Origin: Pirellulales bacterium
Lineage (GTDB): Bacteria > Planctomycetota > Planctomycetia > Pirellulales > PALSA-1355
Length of the DNA stretch: 64,000 nucleotides
Assembly: GCA_963733035.1 (NCBI GenBank)
Contig: CAVTBU010000010.1
Location: 1-64,000, forward strand
Direction: 5' to 3'
Below are positions 21,334 to 31,733 of this stretch, in pieces (position 1 is the first letter of the stretch; each line of letters starts with the position of its first letter). The translations under genes and the position numbers were made by a program. The notes under the pieces are model-generated. The model had not been told where the DNA came from, did not search any database, and saw only the letters and a list, made by a program, of their open reading frames with translations.

Positions 21334-22188
21334 CTAAATGATTGCCGTTGCCTCGGCGGACCCAAATTGGCTTTTGTGGCGTCGCAGGTGCCAAACGGCC
21401 ACGCCGAGCAGCGCCGCGGTCGCCAGCGCGAAGCCAGAGGGTTCGGGAATGGGCGTTGTGTCGAACTCCATGCCGTACCAGGAACCTTGCAAGGCGTACG
21501 GCACCGACTGCAGCGGAGTGCCGCTCTGGCTGAACTGGTGCAGTGTAAACGTACTGTCACCCATCCACAGCGTGCCATCGACCGGGTCGAGCGCCAGGCC
21601 AACGCTGCCAAGTACGCCCGAATTGAAGCTACCCAGCAGGGTTCCGGTGGAAGTGAAATGCGCGACCAGGTCGGGTCCGCCCCATTGCGAGATCCAAAAA
21701 CTCCCGTCGCTGGCGTTCATCGTAATCCAACCGGCATCGGGCAGGTCGGCGGTGGCGTTGAACAGCACGACCGGGTTGGCCCAATTGCGATCGAACTGAA
21801 GCACATCGCCGGTCGAGTAGTTTACGCTGTAGTTGAAGTTTCCGTCGGACGTTCCGTCGTGCAGTTGCGAGCCGACGATGTTGTTTACGTATGGTCCGCC
21901 GGCCACCGGCGTCGCGAGTAGGTCGAACTTTTCCCCCTGGTCCGTGTCGGAGTAGCCCATGGTGCGAACATCACCATAGACGGCAATGTCGATGCCCAGC
22001 GGGCTACTGGTGGGATAGGAACTGGCCGAGGCGCCTTGGATCAGGTCGAGACCCGTCACCGTGCCCCCACCGAGTTCCAGGTAGTTCGTGATGTAAAGCG
22101 TGCTCGTCGGTCCGATGGCCAGCGCCGGGGATGTGAGCGCGGCGACCAGAATGGTGGAGAGAAACCGGATATGCCTGGGCCTGGTCAT
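21334..22188 (-). CDS. PEP-CTERM sorting domain protein
   Basis: Signal peptide; C-terminal IPEPSGFALATAALLGVAVWHLRRHK; AAGGAG RBS before ATG 22188. Confidence 0.85.
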   Translation of the reverse strand: MTRPRHIRFLSTILVAALTSPALAIGPTSTLYITNYLELGGGTVTGLDLIQGASASSYPTSSPLGIDIAVYGDVRTMGYSDTDQGEKFDLLATPVAGGPYVNNIVGSQLHDGTSDGNFNYSVNYSTGDVLQFDRNWANPVVLFNATADLPDAGWITMNASDGSFWISQWGGPDLVAHFTSTGTLLGSFNSGVLGSVGLALDPVDGTLWMGDSTFTLHQFSQSGTPLQSVPYALQGSWYGMEFDTTPIPEPSGFALATAALLGVAVWHLRRHKSQFGSAEATAII

Positions 22189-22418
22189 GAAGCGCACTCC
22201 TTAAACAGTAAATGCCCATTGGATTGTGAAGCCGCCGACTCGGTTGTGCTCGGGAGCGACGACGACGGCATTTTGACTGACCTCAAAGTGAAATACAAAT
22301 CGTTCACAATTGATTAACTGGCGGCGCGAATAGCTTGGGTGTGAGCGCCGCGTTAGGATAGGCTTTTCACCAGGCCCCCCCACTGAATTCGCCGCTCCGA
22401 ACAAGTCGCGGAATCTCC

Positions 22419-24029
22419 ATGCTCGAACGCACGCCCCGCTATCTGGTCCCTTTTCATCCCAAGCGCGGGCCGCATCGGTTTGCCGACGTGCTCGTGATCG
22501 GAGGCGGTTTGGCCGGGTTGCGGGCGGCGCTGGCCGTGCCGCCGGAGCTTTCCGTGTTGGTCATTACCAAGGGAGGGCTGCGGCAATCGAACAGCAACTA
22601 TGCCCAGGGGGGCATCGCCGGGGTGATCGACCCGGAGGATCGTTTTGAGGATCACATTGCCGACACGTTGCGAGTTGGGGGCAACTTGTGCGATCCGGAG
22701 GTGGTCGAGTTCGTGGTGCGCGAAGCGCCGGCGCGGATCAAAGAGTTGATCGAGTGGGGCACGAACTTCGATCAGGAGCGCGGAGCGCTAGCACTGGGGC
22801 GCGAGGGGGGCCATAGCCACCATCGCATCGTCCACGCGCTGGGGGACGCCACGGGCAAGGAGGTGATGCGGGCGGTCATCGATCGCACGCTCGCGGCGCC
22901 GAACGTCGACGTTTGGGAGCATGCCTTCACGCTCGACCTGTTGACGCACGACGGCCGCTGCCGCGGCGCACTCGTATGGACCGAGGCCGAGGGACCGTCG
23001 CTGGTCTGGGCCAAGCAAACGATTTTGTGTACCGGCGGCATCGGGCAGATCTATCGCGAGACGACGAATCCCGAGGTGGCCACCGGCGACGGGCTGGCCA
23101 TTGCCTATCGGGCCGGCGCCGAACTGCGCGACATGGAGTTCATGCAATTTCATCCCACCGTCCTCTATATCGCCGGCAGCAGCCGCAGCTTGATCACCGA
23201 GGCGATGCGGGGCGAGGGAGCGCGGCTGGTGGATCGCAACGGCCATGCCTTCATGTCCGACTTTGACGAGCGGGGCGAACTGGCCCCGCGCGACGTGGTG
23301 AGCCGGGCAATCGTGACGCAGATGGAACGGACGCGGCATCCGAGCGTGTATCTCGACCTCACGCATCTGGACGCCGAAAAGGTGCGTGCCCGGTTCCCCG
23401 GCATCGCGGCCACCTGCGCGGAGTTCGCGCTCGACATCACGCAGGATTGGATTCCGGTGCGGCCCGGGGCGCATTACATGATTGGCGGGGTGAGCGTTGA
23501 CATGCAGGGGCGAACGACGCTTCCGGGGCTGTGGGCGGCCGGCGAATGCACGTCCAGCGGATTGCACGGCGCGAATCGGTTGGCTTCGAACAGTCTGCTC
23601 GAAGGCCTGGTGTTTGGGGCCTACGCTGGCGAGGCAGCGGCCCGGTTGGCCGCCGAAACGCCCGACGACTTCAAGGCGCTGCCGCTCTCGAACGCCAAGG
23701 TGGAAAACGGCGCCGAGCTGTTGGACCTGGCCGACATTCGCAATTCGCTCAAAAGTGTCGTGTGGCGCGGCGCAGGCGTGCGCCGCCAGAAGGAAACGCT
23801 GCTGGAGGCGGCGGAAAACGTCGACCGCTGGTGCGAGTACGTGCTGCCGCGGCAGTTTCACGACACGCATGGCTGGGAACTGCAAAACATGCTGACCGTG
23901 GCCCGCGTGGTGATCGAAGCGGCGCTCGAGCGTGAAGAGACCCGCGGCGTTCACTACCGCACGGATTTCCCCGAGACGGACGATGCGCACTGGCGGCGGC
24001 GGATTTCGTTTCGGCGGGCGCGGGGATGA
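22419..24029 (+). CDS. nadB: L-aspartate oxidase
   Basis: VIGGGLAG, SNYAQGGIA, REGGHS, EFMQFHPT, ELAPRDVV, GLHGANRLASNSLLEG and ETRGVHYR motifs. Confidence 0.95.
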   Translation: MLERTPRYLVPFHPKRGPHRFADVLVIGGGLAGLRAALAVPPELSVLVITKGGLRQSNSNYAQGGIAGVIDPEDRFEDHIADTLRVGGNLCDPEVVEFVVREAPARIKELIEWGTNFDQERGALALGREGGHSHHRIVHALGDATGKEVMRAVIDRTLAAPNVDVWEHAFTLDLLTHDGRCRGALVWTEAEGPSLVWAKQTILCTGGIGQIYRETTNPEVATGDGLAIAYRAGAELRDMEFMQFHPTVLYIAGSSRSLITEAMRGEGARLVDRNGHAFMSDFDERGELAPRDVVSRAIVTQMERTRHPSVYLDLTHLDAEKVRARFPGIAATCAEFALDITQDWIPVRPGAHYMIGGVSVDMQGRTTLPGLWAAGECTSSGLHGANRLASNSLLEGLVFGAYAGEAAARLAAETPDDFKALPLSNAKVENGAELLDLADIRNSLKSVVWRGAGVRRQKETLLEAAENVDRWCEYVLPRQFHDTHGWELQNMLTVARVVIEAALEREETRGVHYRTDFPETDDAHWRRRISFRRARG

Positions 24030-24493
24030 CGGGCGCATACCCCGCAAATCCGTGATCCGTGCGGTGGTTTGTTGTGGGTTATCGGCGTATCACGCCGCGG
24101 CGTTGGTCTCGTCGCCAATGCTCGGATATCGGCTGCGGCGGGTGCGGTTGCCGGCCGGCGGCAGGCCCACGGTCGACTCGCCGGCGGTCGAATCGGCGAC
24201 AGGCTAGCGGCCGGGCGCGGGGCGACCGGTTCAACTGTTTCGCTCGGCAGCGTCGGACGGCCAAAAATGGCTGGCCGGTCCGATCCAAAACCTTGCTGGC
24301 TGCGTAGTCTGGACAGGGAAGCTACGTTCGTAGTACCCTCTAGAGCGCTTTGAAGGGCAGATTTTCGCCCCCCGGCCGGGCCACGGGCTCGCCGCGGTCC
24401 CGCGGTACTAGCGAGTGTTGCGGGAGTTTCCGATAGTTCGGCCAGGAAACGAGTGCTGTATTTCCCTCAGTTTGAATGCGGAGTAGTCCATCC

Positions 24494-25246
24494 ATGAATC
24501 AGCAGCCCGCGCAGGATCAGCAAGGCCCGCCCATGGTCGAGGCCGTGGGGCTGTCGAAGTACTACGGCGATTTTGCCGCCATCGACGACGTCTCGTTTAC
24601 CGTTCCCCAGGGACAGGTCGTGGCCTTCCTGGGGCCCAACGGCGCCGGTAAGAGCACCACGATGAAGTTGCTCACCGGGTACCTGGCTCCCAGCCGGGGC
24701 GTGGCCCGGATCGCCGGACACGACATGGCCACCGATCGATTGGCCGGCTCGGCGAAGCTGGGCTATCTGCCGGAGAACGGTCCGCTGTATCCCGACATGA
24801 CGCCCCGCACTCTGCTCGAATTTTTTGCCGACGCCCGCGGCATGACTCCGCAGCGCAAACGGCAGCGGATCGATGCGGTGGTTGAGCTGTGCGACTTGGG
24901 GTCGGTAATCGGCAAGGCGATCTCGAAGCTCTCCAAGGGATATCGTCAGCGGGTGGGCATGGCCCAGGCCCTGCTGCACGAGCCCGACGTGCTGATTCTG
25001 GACGAACCGACCGCGGGATTGGACCCAAACCAGATTCGCGACGTCCGCAAGACGATTCGCACGTTGGGCGAAAACAAAACCATTCTGCTCTCCACCCACA
25101 TTCTGCAAGAGGTCGACGCGATTGCCAGCCGCGTGCTGTTCATCAACGAAGGCCGGCTGGTGTACGACGGACCGGTGTCCGGATTGACCAGCACGGGCCA
25201 GTCGCTCGACGACCGCTTCCACGAGCTAACCGCCCACGGGGCCTAG
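24494..25246 (+). CDS. ABC transporter ATP-binding protein (GldA-like)
   Basis: Walker A GPNGAGKST, signature LSKGYRQRVGMAQAL, Walker B ILDEPTAGLDP, H-loop. Confidence 0.92.
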   Translation: MNQQPAQDQQGPPMVEAVGLSKYYGDFAAIDDVSFTVPQGQVVAFLGPNGAGKSTTMKLLTGYLAPSRGVARIAGHDMATDRLAGSAKLGYLPENGPLYPDMTPRTLLEFFADARGMTPQRKRQRIDAVVELCDLGSVIGKAISKLSKGYRQRVGMAQALLHEPDVLILDEPTAGLDPNQIRDVRKTIRTLGENKTILLSTHILQEVDAIASRVLFINEGRLVYDGPVSGLTSTGQSLDDRFHELTAHGA

Positions 25247-25252
25247 AAACAT

Positions 25253-25282
25253 CGAGCCGCCGCCGGATGACGCGGCGGCTCG
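25253..25282. other. Intercistronic GC-rich hairpin (11-bp stem)
   Basis: CGAGCCGCCGC-CGGATGAC-GCGGCGGCTCG between the ATPase and permease genes; no U-tract on the sense strand. Confidence 0.5.
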
Positions 25283-25373
25283 GCCAAAAACAACTGCATT
25301 TGCCCCAGCCGCACGAGCGGCCGGCAGACGCGACCAACCGAAAACTCCAGATTCAGGAACTCGGATAGAAGCC

Positions 25374-28280
25374 ATGAACTTACACGTGATCCTGGCGATC
25401 TTCCGCCGGAACTTCATCAGCTATTTCAGTAATCCGACCGGTTATGTCTTCATTTGCGTGTTTGTGTTGTTGAGCTCGTTCGCCGCCTTCTGGCCGAATG
25501 AGTTTTTCAACGCCAACCTGGCAAACCTCGACCAGTTGAACCGGTACCTGCCGTACATCCTGCTGGTGTTCATTCCCGCGATCACCATGAGCATTTGGGC
25601 GGATGAGCGGCGGCAGGGGACCGACGAACTGCTGCTGACGATTCCGGCCGGCGACTTCGACGTGGTGCTGGGTAAGTACCTGGCGGCGGTGGCGATCTAC
25701 AGCGTGTCGCTGGCGTTCTCGCTGGTTTCGAACTGGGCGGTGCTGATCAGCCTGGGCTGGCCGGACGGCGGCCTGCTAATGGGGACCTACTTTGGCTACT
25801 GGATCGTCGGTCTGGCGATGCTTTCGATCGGCATGGTGGCTTCGTTCCTGACGGGCAACCTGACCGTGGGATTCATTCTGGGCGCGCTATTCAACGCACC
25901 GCTGGCGTTTGCCGGCTCAATGCCCGATTGGGCCTGGCTGCGGCCGCTCAAACAGCTCAGCATCAGCGAGCAGTTTCGCGATTTTGCCAGCGGCGTGATC
26001 AGCTTTGCCAGCGTCGGATACTTTCTGGCGATCGTGGCGATCATGCTCTACCTCAGCGTGGTGCTCATCGGCCGTCGTCATTGGCGCGGCGGGGTCGAGG
26101 GGAGCAACACGGCCGTGCACTACCTGATCCGATTCTTGGCGCTGGTGCTGGTCGTGGTTTGCCTGAACGTGTTCCTCACGCGGCACGATTCGTTGCGGGC
26201 CGACGTGACGACCGAACAGATCAACTCGCTCTCGCCGCAGAGCCGGCAGCTGATCAAGGACATCGATCCGGCCCATCCGGTGGTGATCGAATACTTTGTC
26301 AGCCCGACGGTGCCCGAGTCGTACGTGCAGACGCGGCTGAATTTGCTGTCGACACTGCGCGAGTTTCAGGCGCTGGGCGGAGACAAGATTCGCGTCATCG
26401 GCCACGAGGTGGAGCCGTTTAGCGAAGAAGCAACCATTGCCGAGCAGCAGTACAAGATCACCCCCGTGCCGGTCGAGGGACGAGCTCGCGGCGCTTTCAC
26501 GCGCGAGGAGATCTTCCTGGGGCTGGCGATCAATTGCGGGCTCGACAAGGTCGTGATTCCGTTTCTCGATCGGGGCATTCCGGTGGAATATGAGTTGGTG
26601 CGTTCGATTGCCACGGTGAGCCAGCAGGAGCGGAAGAAGGTGGGCGTGCTGCAAACCGACGCCCAGCTGTACGGCAGCTTCAACATGCAGACGATGATGC
26701 CGGGCCAGAACCAGCAGATCATCGAGGAATTGGAAAAGCAGTACGAGGTGGTGCAGGTTGACGCCAGCAGCCCGATTACCGAAAAGTTCGACGTGCTGTT
26801 GGCCGTGCAGCCGTCGTCGTTGGGGCCCGAACCGATGAAGAACTTCATCGCCGCGGTCAAAGCGGGGCAAAAGACGGCGATCTTCGAAGATCCGTTTCCG
26901 CTGCTCAACCCCGAGATTCCCGGCACCAACGCCCCCAAGATGCCGCCGGGTGCCAACAATCCGTTCATGCAGCAGCGGCAGCCGCCGCAGCCCAAGGGAG
27001 ACATCACCGAGTTGTGGGCGCTGCTGGGCGTCGACTTCACGGGCAACAAGGTCGCCTGGCAGGACTACAATCCGTTTCCCAAGCTGCCGGGATTGCCGCA
27101 CGAATGGGTGTTCATCGAACGGGGTTCGGGAGCGAAGGAAGCATTCAACCCGGAAAGCCCGATTACCCGCGACCTGCAGCAAGTGCTGTTCCTGTTTCCG
27201 GGAAGCGTCACAGGTTTGAATTCCTCGGATCTGAAATTCAAACAGTTGGCGACGACCAACAACAAGACGGGAACCATTCTCGCCGACCAGATCATGCAGC
27301 GGAGCTTCATGGGTCCGCCGCAAATGAATCCCGACATTCCGCTGTTGGAAAAGCCGACCGGCGACACGTACGTGATGGCGGCTCGCATCACCGGCAAGGT
27401 TCCGGCGGCCGCCGAAAGCCCGCTGCACGGGCTGAATCTGCCGGCGGGGCATCCGGCGGTCAAGAATCTGCCGATGTCGGATCAGGAAGCGAAGGTCGAG
27501 TCGGAGACCGAGGATACCAAGGCCGAGGAAGCGGACGCGAAGACTGCCGAAGCGGACGCGACAGCGACCGCCAAGGAAGAGGGCACGGACACGAAGGCGG
27601 ACGAATCGGCCAAGGACACCGAAGCCAAGGAAGCCGAGGCCAAGCCGGCCGCCGAGCCCGAGATCAACGTGGTGCTGGTGGCGGACATCGACTGTCTGTT
27701 CGGCGAGTTTTTCCGATTGCGTGCCCGCGGCACCGACACGGCCGATGAGATCGAGTTCCAGTTTGACAACGTGCCGTTCGTGCTCAACGTGCTGGACGTG
27801 TTGGCTGGCGACGATCGCTTTGTGGAGATTCGCACCCGTCGACCGACGCACCGCTCGCTGACGCAATTGCAGAAGCGGACCGAAAGCGCGCATGCCAAAG
27901 CCGACAAGGCGCGTGAGAAGTTCCAGCAGGATTTCGAAAACGCCCGCCTCAAGGCCCAGACGGCCTTCGATCAGAAGATTCAGGCCCTGCAAAAGCGCGA
28001 GGGCGTGAATCGGCAGCAGGCCGCGATCGACGTGTTGGCCGCGCAGCAGCAAGGCCAGCGCGAGTTGGACGTGAAATTGGAAACGCTGAAGAACGAGCGC
28101 GATCAGGCGCTCAAGGCGGCCCAGCGCGAGCTGGATCAGAACATTCACTCGGTGCAAGATCGCTATAAGCTGTGGGCGATTCTGTTGCCGCCGATTCCGC
28201 CGTTGGTCGTTGGACTTATCGTATTTTTCAATCGCCGGGCCCGCGAACGCGAAGGCGTTTCGCGTGCTCGCCTGCGTTAG
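25374..28280 (+). CDS. Fused GldF-like ABC-2 permease and GldG-family domain protein
   Basis: SYFSNPTGYVFI, WADERRQGTDELLLT and VVLGKYLAA permease motifs, then DVTTEQINSLSPQS, EYELVRSI and a C-terminal TM helix. Confidence 0.88.
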   Translation: MNLHVILAIFRRNFISYFSNPTGYVFICVFVLLSSFAAFWPNEFFNANLANLDQLNRYLPYILLVFIPAITMSIWADERRQGTDELLLTIPAGDFDVVLGKYLAAVAIYSVSLAFSLVSNWAVLISLGWPDGGLLMGTYFGYWIVGLAMLSIGMVASFLTGNLTVGFILGALFNAPLAFAGSMPDWAWLRPLKQLSISEQFRDFASGVISFASVGYFLAIVAIMLYLSVVLIGRRHWRGGVEGSNTAVHYLIRFLALVLVVVCLNVFLTRHDSLRADVTTEQINSLSPQSRQLIKDIDPAHPVVIEYFVSPTVPESYVQTRLNLLSTLREFQALGGDKIRVIGHEVEPFSEEATIAEQQYKITPVPVEGRARGAFTREEIFLGLAINCGLDKVVIPFLDRGIPVEYELVRSIATVSQQERKKVGVLQTDAQLYGSFNMQTMMPGQNQQIIEELEKQYEVVQVDASSPITEKFDVLLAVQPSSLGPEPMKNFIAAVKAGQKTAIFEDPFPLLNPEIPGTNAPKMPPGANNPFMQQRQPPQPKGDITELWALLGVDFTGNKVAWQDYNPFPKLPGLPHEWVFIERGSGAKEAFNPESPITRDLQQVLFLFPGSVTGLNSSDLKFKQLATTNNKTGTILADQIMQRSFMGPPQMNPDIPLLEKPTGDTYVMAARITGKVPAAAESPLHGLNLPAGHPAVKNLPMSDQEAKVESETEDTKAEEADAKTAEADATATAKEEGTDTKADESAKDTEAKEAEAKPAAEPEINVVLVADIDCLFGEFFRLRARGTDTADEIEFQFDNVPFVLNVLDVLAGDDRFVEIRTRRPTHRSLTQLQKRTESAHAKADKAREKFQQDFENARLKAQTAFDQKIQALQKREGVNRQQAAIDVLAAQQQGQRELDVKLETLKNERDQALKAAQRELDQNIHSVQDRYKLWAILLPPIPPLVVGLIVFFNRRAREREGVSRARLR

Positions 28281-28298
28281 GGAACGAGGTTGTCATCC

Positions 28299-30104
28299 AT
28301 GCAATCGAATGAGAATAAAAAAACGCTGACCTATCTCCTGGTGGCCGGCATGGCCTTGCTGGTGGCCTGGGAACCGTGGCGACCGGCACCCGCCGATACG
28401 AGCGTGCCGGACCAGGTGGGCAAGAAGCTGTTTCCCAAGTTTGAGAATCCGCTGGCGGCCAAGAGCCTGGAGATCGTGACGTTCAACGAAGAGACCGCCG
28501 CCATTCGCGATTTCAAGGTTGCGCAGGAAAAAGGCGTCTGGGCGATTCCCTCGCACGAGAACTACCCGGCCGACGCCGCCGAGCATATGGCCCAGGCCGC
28601 AACGTCGCTGATGGATCTCAAGATTCTCGGCATGGTCAGCACCAAGCCCGGCGAGCAGAAGACCTACGGCGTGATCACGCCCGACCCCAAGGATCTGAAG
28701 GTTGGCATGACCGGCGTGGGCACCCGGGTGACGATTCGCGACAGTGCCGACAAGGTGCTGGCCGACCTGGTGATCGGCAAGGCGGTGAAAGATGCGCCGC
28801 AGTTGCACTATGTGCGCGAAGCGGATCGCGATCCGATTTACACGGTGGCCGTGAAGACCGACGAGTTCTCGACGAAGTTCGACGATTGGATCGAAAAAGA
28901 CCTCTTGAAGCTGAACGCGTTCGACGTTCGCGAGGTGGAGCTGAATGACTACTCGACCCGGTCGGGCGTTACGCCGGAGGGGAATCTTGGTTACGCGCTG
29001 GAAAAGCGAAGCGAAATCGACCTGGCCTTCGACGACTCCAAGAGCGAATGGAAGCTGATCGAGATGAAGGAGTTCGGCGACGACCAGCAAGCGACCACGG
29101 TCACCTTGACCGAAGGTGAGGAACTGAACACCGAGAAACTGAACGCGATGAAAACGGCGCTCGACGATTTGAAGATCATCGACGTCGAGCGCAAGCCCGC
29201 CGGTTTGAGCCAGGACCTGAAGGCCAGCGACGAGTTCGTCAAGAATCGCGAGGCGTTCGTCTCGCTGCAGCAGCGCGGTTTCCTGCCGCTTGCCGCCCAG
29301 GGCGAACCGTTGCAGATTTATTCGACCGAAGGAGAAGCGACCGTCGCCACCAAGGACGGTGTGAAGTACGTGCTGCGGTTTGGCAATCTGGCCGACGCCG
29401 CCACGACCGAGGCCGGCGACGATGACGCCAAGCAGGAAGGCTCCGGCGAAGCCAAGAGTACCGGTCCCAGCCGCTACCTATTCGTCACGGCCCAGTTCGA
29501 CGAGAACCTGATTCCCAAGCCGGAAATGCAGCCGATGCCGGGCGAGGAGAAACCGGCCGAGGCGCAGGCAGAAGAGCCCAAGTCGGACGAAACGCCCGCC
29601 GCCGAAGACAAGCCGGCCGAGGAGCCGGCCGCGGCCGAAGAAAAACCGCAGACCGAAGAGGCAAAGCCGGCTGACGAAGCGAAGCCGGGCGAAGCGGCCG
29701 AGCAAAGCGTGCCGGAAACCAAGACCGCCGCACGGGAAGCGGCTGCCGAGGAACAGCCGGCCGAGGAATCAGCCGCCGAAGAGAAACCGGCCGAAGAGAA
29801 ACCGGCCGAGCCGGCCAAACCGGCGACGGCCGAGGAAGCCGAGCGGATTGCCGTCGAAAAGGAAAACAAGCGGCGGCAGGATGAGTACGACGAGAAGGTG
29901 AAGGCCGGCCAGGAGAAGGTCAAGGAGCTCAACGAGCGCTTTGCCGACTGGTACTACATCATCTCGGACGACGTCTATCAGAAGATTCACCTCGGCCGCA
30001 AGGAGATCATCAAGGCCAAGGAAGTCGAGTCGAAAGACGTCGGCAACCTGAAGCCGTTTCAGGAAGGCCTGGGCAAACCGGTGGGTGAACCAGCAATTCC
30101 GTAG
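28299..30104 (+). CDS. DUF4340-domain protein
   Basis: N-terminal anchor; WAIPSHENYPAD, LVIGK, FSTKFDDWIEKDLL, ELNERFADWYYII; position after GldG is typical. Confidence 0.8.
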   Translation: MQSNENKKTLTYLLVAGMALLVAWEPWRPAPADTSVPDQVGKKLFPKFENPLAAKSLEIVTFNEETAAIRDFKVAQEKGVWAIPSHENYPADAAEHMAQAATSLMDLKILGMVSTKPGEQKTYGVITPDPKDLKVGMTGVGTRVTIRDSADKVLADLVIGKAVKDAPQLHYVREADRDPIYTVAVKTDEFSTKFDDWIEKDLLKLNAFDVREVELNDYSTRSGVTPEGNLGYALEKRSEIDLAFDDSKSEWKLIEMKEFGDDQQATTVTLTEGEELNTEKLNAMKTALDDLKIIDVERKPAGLSQDLKASDEFVKNREAFVSLQQRGFLPLAAQGEPLQIYSTEGEATVATKDGVKYVLRFGNLADAATTEAGDDDAKQEGSGEAKSTGPSRYLFVTAQFDENLIPKPEMQPMPGEEKPAEAQAEEPKSDETPAAEDKPAEEPAAAEEKPQTEEAKPADEAKPGEAAEQSVPETKTAAREAAAEEQPAEESAAEEKPAEEKPAEPAKPATAEEAERIAVEKENKRRQDEYDEKVKAGQEKVKELNERFADWYYIISDDVYQKIHLGRKEIIKAKEVESKDVGNLKPFQEGLGKPVGEPAIP

Positions 30105-30117
30105 GCTGTGTTGCCCG

Positions 30118-30441
30118 CTAGGTGCCGACTTCCCGGCCGAGCGTGCGGAGCAATTCGAGGGTGAAGATGCCGGTGTCGTGGCCGTCGCTGAAGGCGATAT
30201 TGTAGGCGTAGCTGCCCACCGGTTGCATGCTTTGGATCGAGAGCGGCCGGGCTTCGGCCATTGAGAGAACGGTCAGACCGCCCGCCGGTTCGGCCGGCTG
30301 CTTGCGCTGTTCGCGGCAAGTGGCGCAAGGACAGGCCTTGCGCAGCTCGCCAAATGCGATTTCGCGCTGCATGCCGTCGTTCCATACGATGAGCAGCTTG
30401 TTGCCGTCGCGAATTTCGAGTTTGCTGGGTTGTGGATCCAT
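30118..30441 (-). CDS. DUF971 (gamma-butyrobetaine hydroxylase N-terminal-like) protein
   Basis: LRKACPCATC, PVGSYAYNIAFSDGHDTGIFT. Confidence 0.9.
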   Translation of the reverse strand: MDPQPSKLEIRDGNKLLIVWNDGMQREIAFGELRKACPCATCREQRKQPAEPAGGLTVLSMAEARPLSIQSMQPVGSYAYNIAFSDGHDTGIFTLELLRTLGREVGT

Positions 30442-30452
30442 GCCGGGGTTGC

Positions 30453-31703
30453 TTACTCCAATTCCGTGAGCGCCATCAAAAGCCGCTCGACTTCGCCGGC
30501 TGTGTTGTAATGCAAGAGGCCCAGCCGCACGAGCCCCTCTGGCTCGAGCCCTAGCGATTCGCTCAGCTCCAGGGCGTAAAAATTTCCGTGCCAGGCAAAA
30601 ACGCCCCGCTCGGCCAGATACTCAACCAGTTTGAGAGGCGAGCGGCGGGCATGCGTGATCGAGACGGTCGGCACGCGCTGGTCTAGCCGCTCGCGATCGT
30701 CGATGCCCCACACATGGACGTTGTGCAGATCGGCGAGTCCGGCCAACAACTGCTCGCACAAGTGCCGTTCGTATGCGCCGATTTCGTGAAATGCGTGGCG
30801 CAGCGCCTCGCGGCGCGACGGTGCCGAGGGGTGCATGTGCCTGCCGAGATCGGCCAGATACTCGATGGCGGCCAGCACTCCGGCAATGCCCTCGTGGTTT
30901 TGCGTGCCGGTCATCCAACATTCGGGCAGCGTGTCGGCTGCCGGTCGCACCTTGTAGGGCGTGAGCGTTTCGAGCAGTTCGGCGCGTCCCCATAAGATGC
31001 CCACGTGGGGGCCGAAGAACTTGTAGGCCGAGCAGGCAAGGTAATCGCAGTCCCAGGCCTCGACGTCGATCAACCCGTGCGGGGCGTAATGCACCGCGTC
31101 GAGATAGACCTGGCTGCCCGCGTCGTGGGCCCAGCGGCAGATATGGGTGACGGGGTTGATCGTGCCCACCGAGTTGGACGCACAACCGACGGCGACCAAC
31201 CGCGTGCGGTCGTTGAGCGCATCGCGAAGCGCCATCAGGTCGAGCGTGCAGTCGTCGTGGCGAAACGGGATGAAGTGCACCTTCACGTTTGCGTCGCGGG
31301 CGGCCAACACCCAGGGGCGAACGTTGGCGTCGTGATCGAGCCTGGTGACGATGATCTCGTCGCCGGCCTTCCAGGTGCGAGCCAGCGCGCGGCTGAACGC
31401 GAAGGTGAGCGAAGTCATGTTCGCGCCGAAAACGGTCGAGTGCCAATCAGGCGCGCCCAACAGATCGGCGACGGCCCGATGGGCTTCTTCCAGCATGGCA
31501 TCGCTGTCGATGCTCGTCGGAAATCGACCGCCGTGATTGGCGTTCGTTTCGATCAGGTAGCGGCTGATTGCGTCGATGACCCGCTGGGGTACCTGGCTGC
31601 CGGCCGGGCCGTCGAGGAAAACGGCAGGCCGGTTTCCGAAATTGCGGTGCAGCGCGGGAAACTGCCCGCGACACCAATCGACAGGAAAATTGTGCTCGTT
31701 CAT
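30453..31703 (-). CDS. Cysteine desulfurase-like protein (class V PLP enzyme, VC1184-type)
   Basis: LDGPAGSQVP, LDHDANVRPW, DAVHYAPH, CSAYKFFGPH, GNFYA. Confidence 0.9.
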   Translation of the reverse strand: MNEHNFPVDWCRGQFPALHRNFGNRPAVFLDGPAGSQVPQRVIDAISRYLIETNANHGGRFPTSIDSDAMLEEAHRAVADLLGAPDWHSTVFGANMTSLTFAFSRALARTWKAGDEIIVTRLDHDANVRPWVLAARDANVKVHFIPFRHDDCTLDLMALRDALNDRTRLVAVGCASNSVGTINPVTHICRWAHDAGSQVYLDAVHYAPHGLIDVEAWDCDYLACSAYKFFGPHVGILWGRAELLETLTPYKVRPAADTLPECWMTGTQNHEGIAGVLAAIEYLADLGRHMHPSAPSRREALRHAFHEIGAYERHLCEQLLAGLADLHNVHVWGIDDRERLDQRVPTVSITHARRSPLKLVEYLAERGVFAWHGNFYALELSESLGLEPEGLVRLGLLHYNTAGEVERLLMALTELE

Positions 31704-31733
31704 GAAAATTGCCGCGGGCGGTTGAGCGATTGG

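Noticed and set aside
24030..24490. 460-bp intergenic region with GCCGATAA on the minus strand
   Set aside because: No matching -35 box, it points antisense into nadB, and no RNA family was recognised.
25917..28157. 746-aa antisense ORF, and similar ones opposite nadB, prc, secA and metK
   Set aside because: Mirror-frame artefacts of high-GC codon bias over well-supported genes.
29776..29810. 15-bp tandem duplication GCCGAAGAGAAACCG
   Set aside because: An in-frame AEEKP linker repeat; ordinary.
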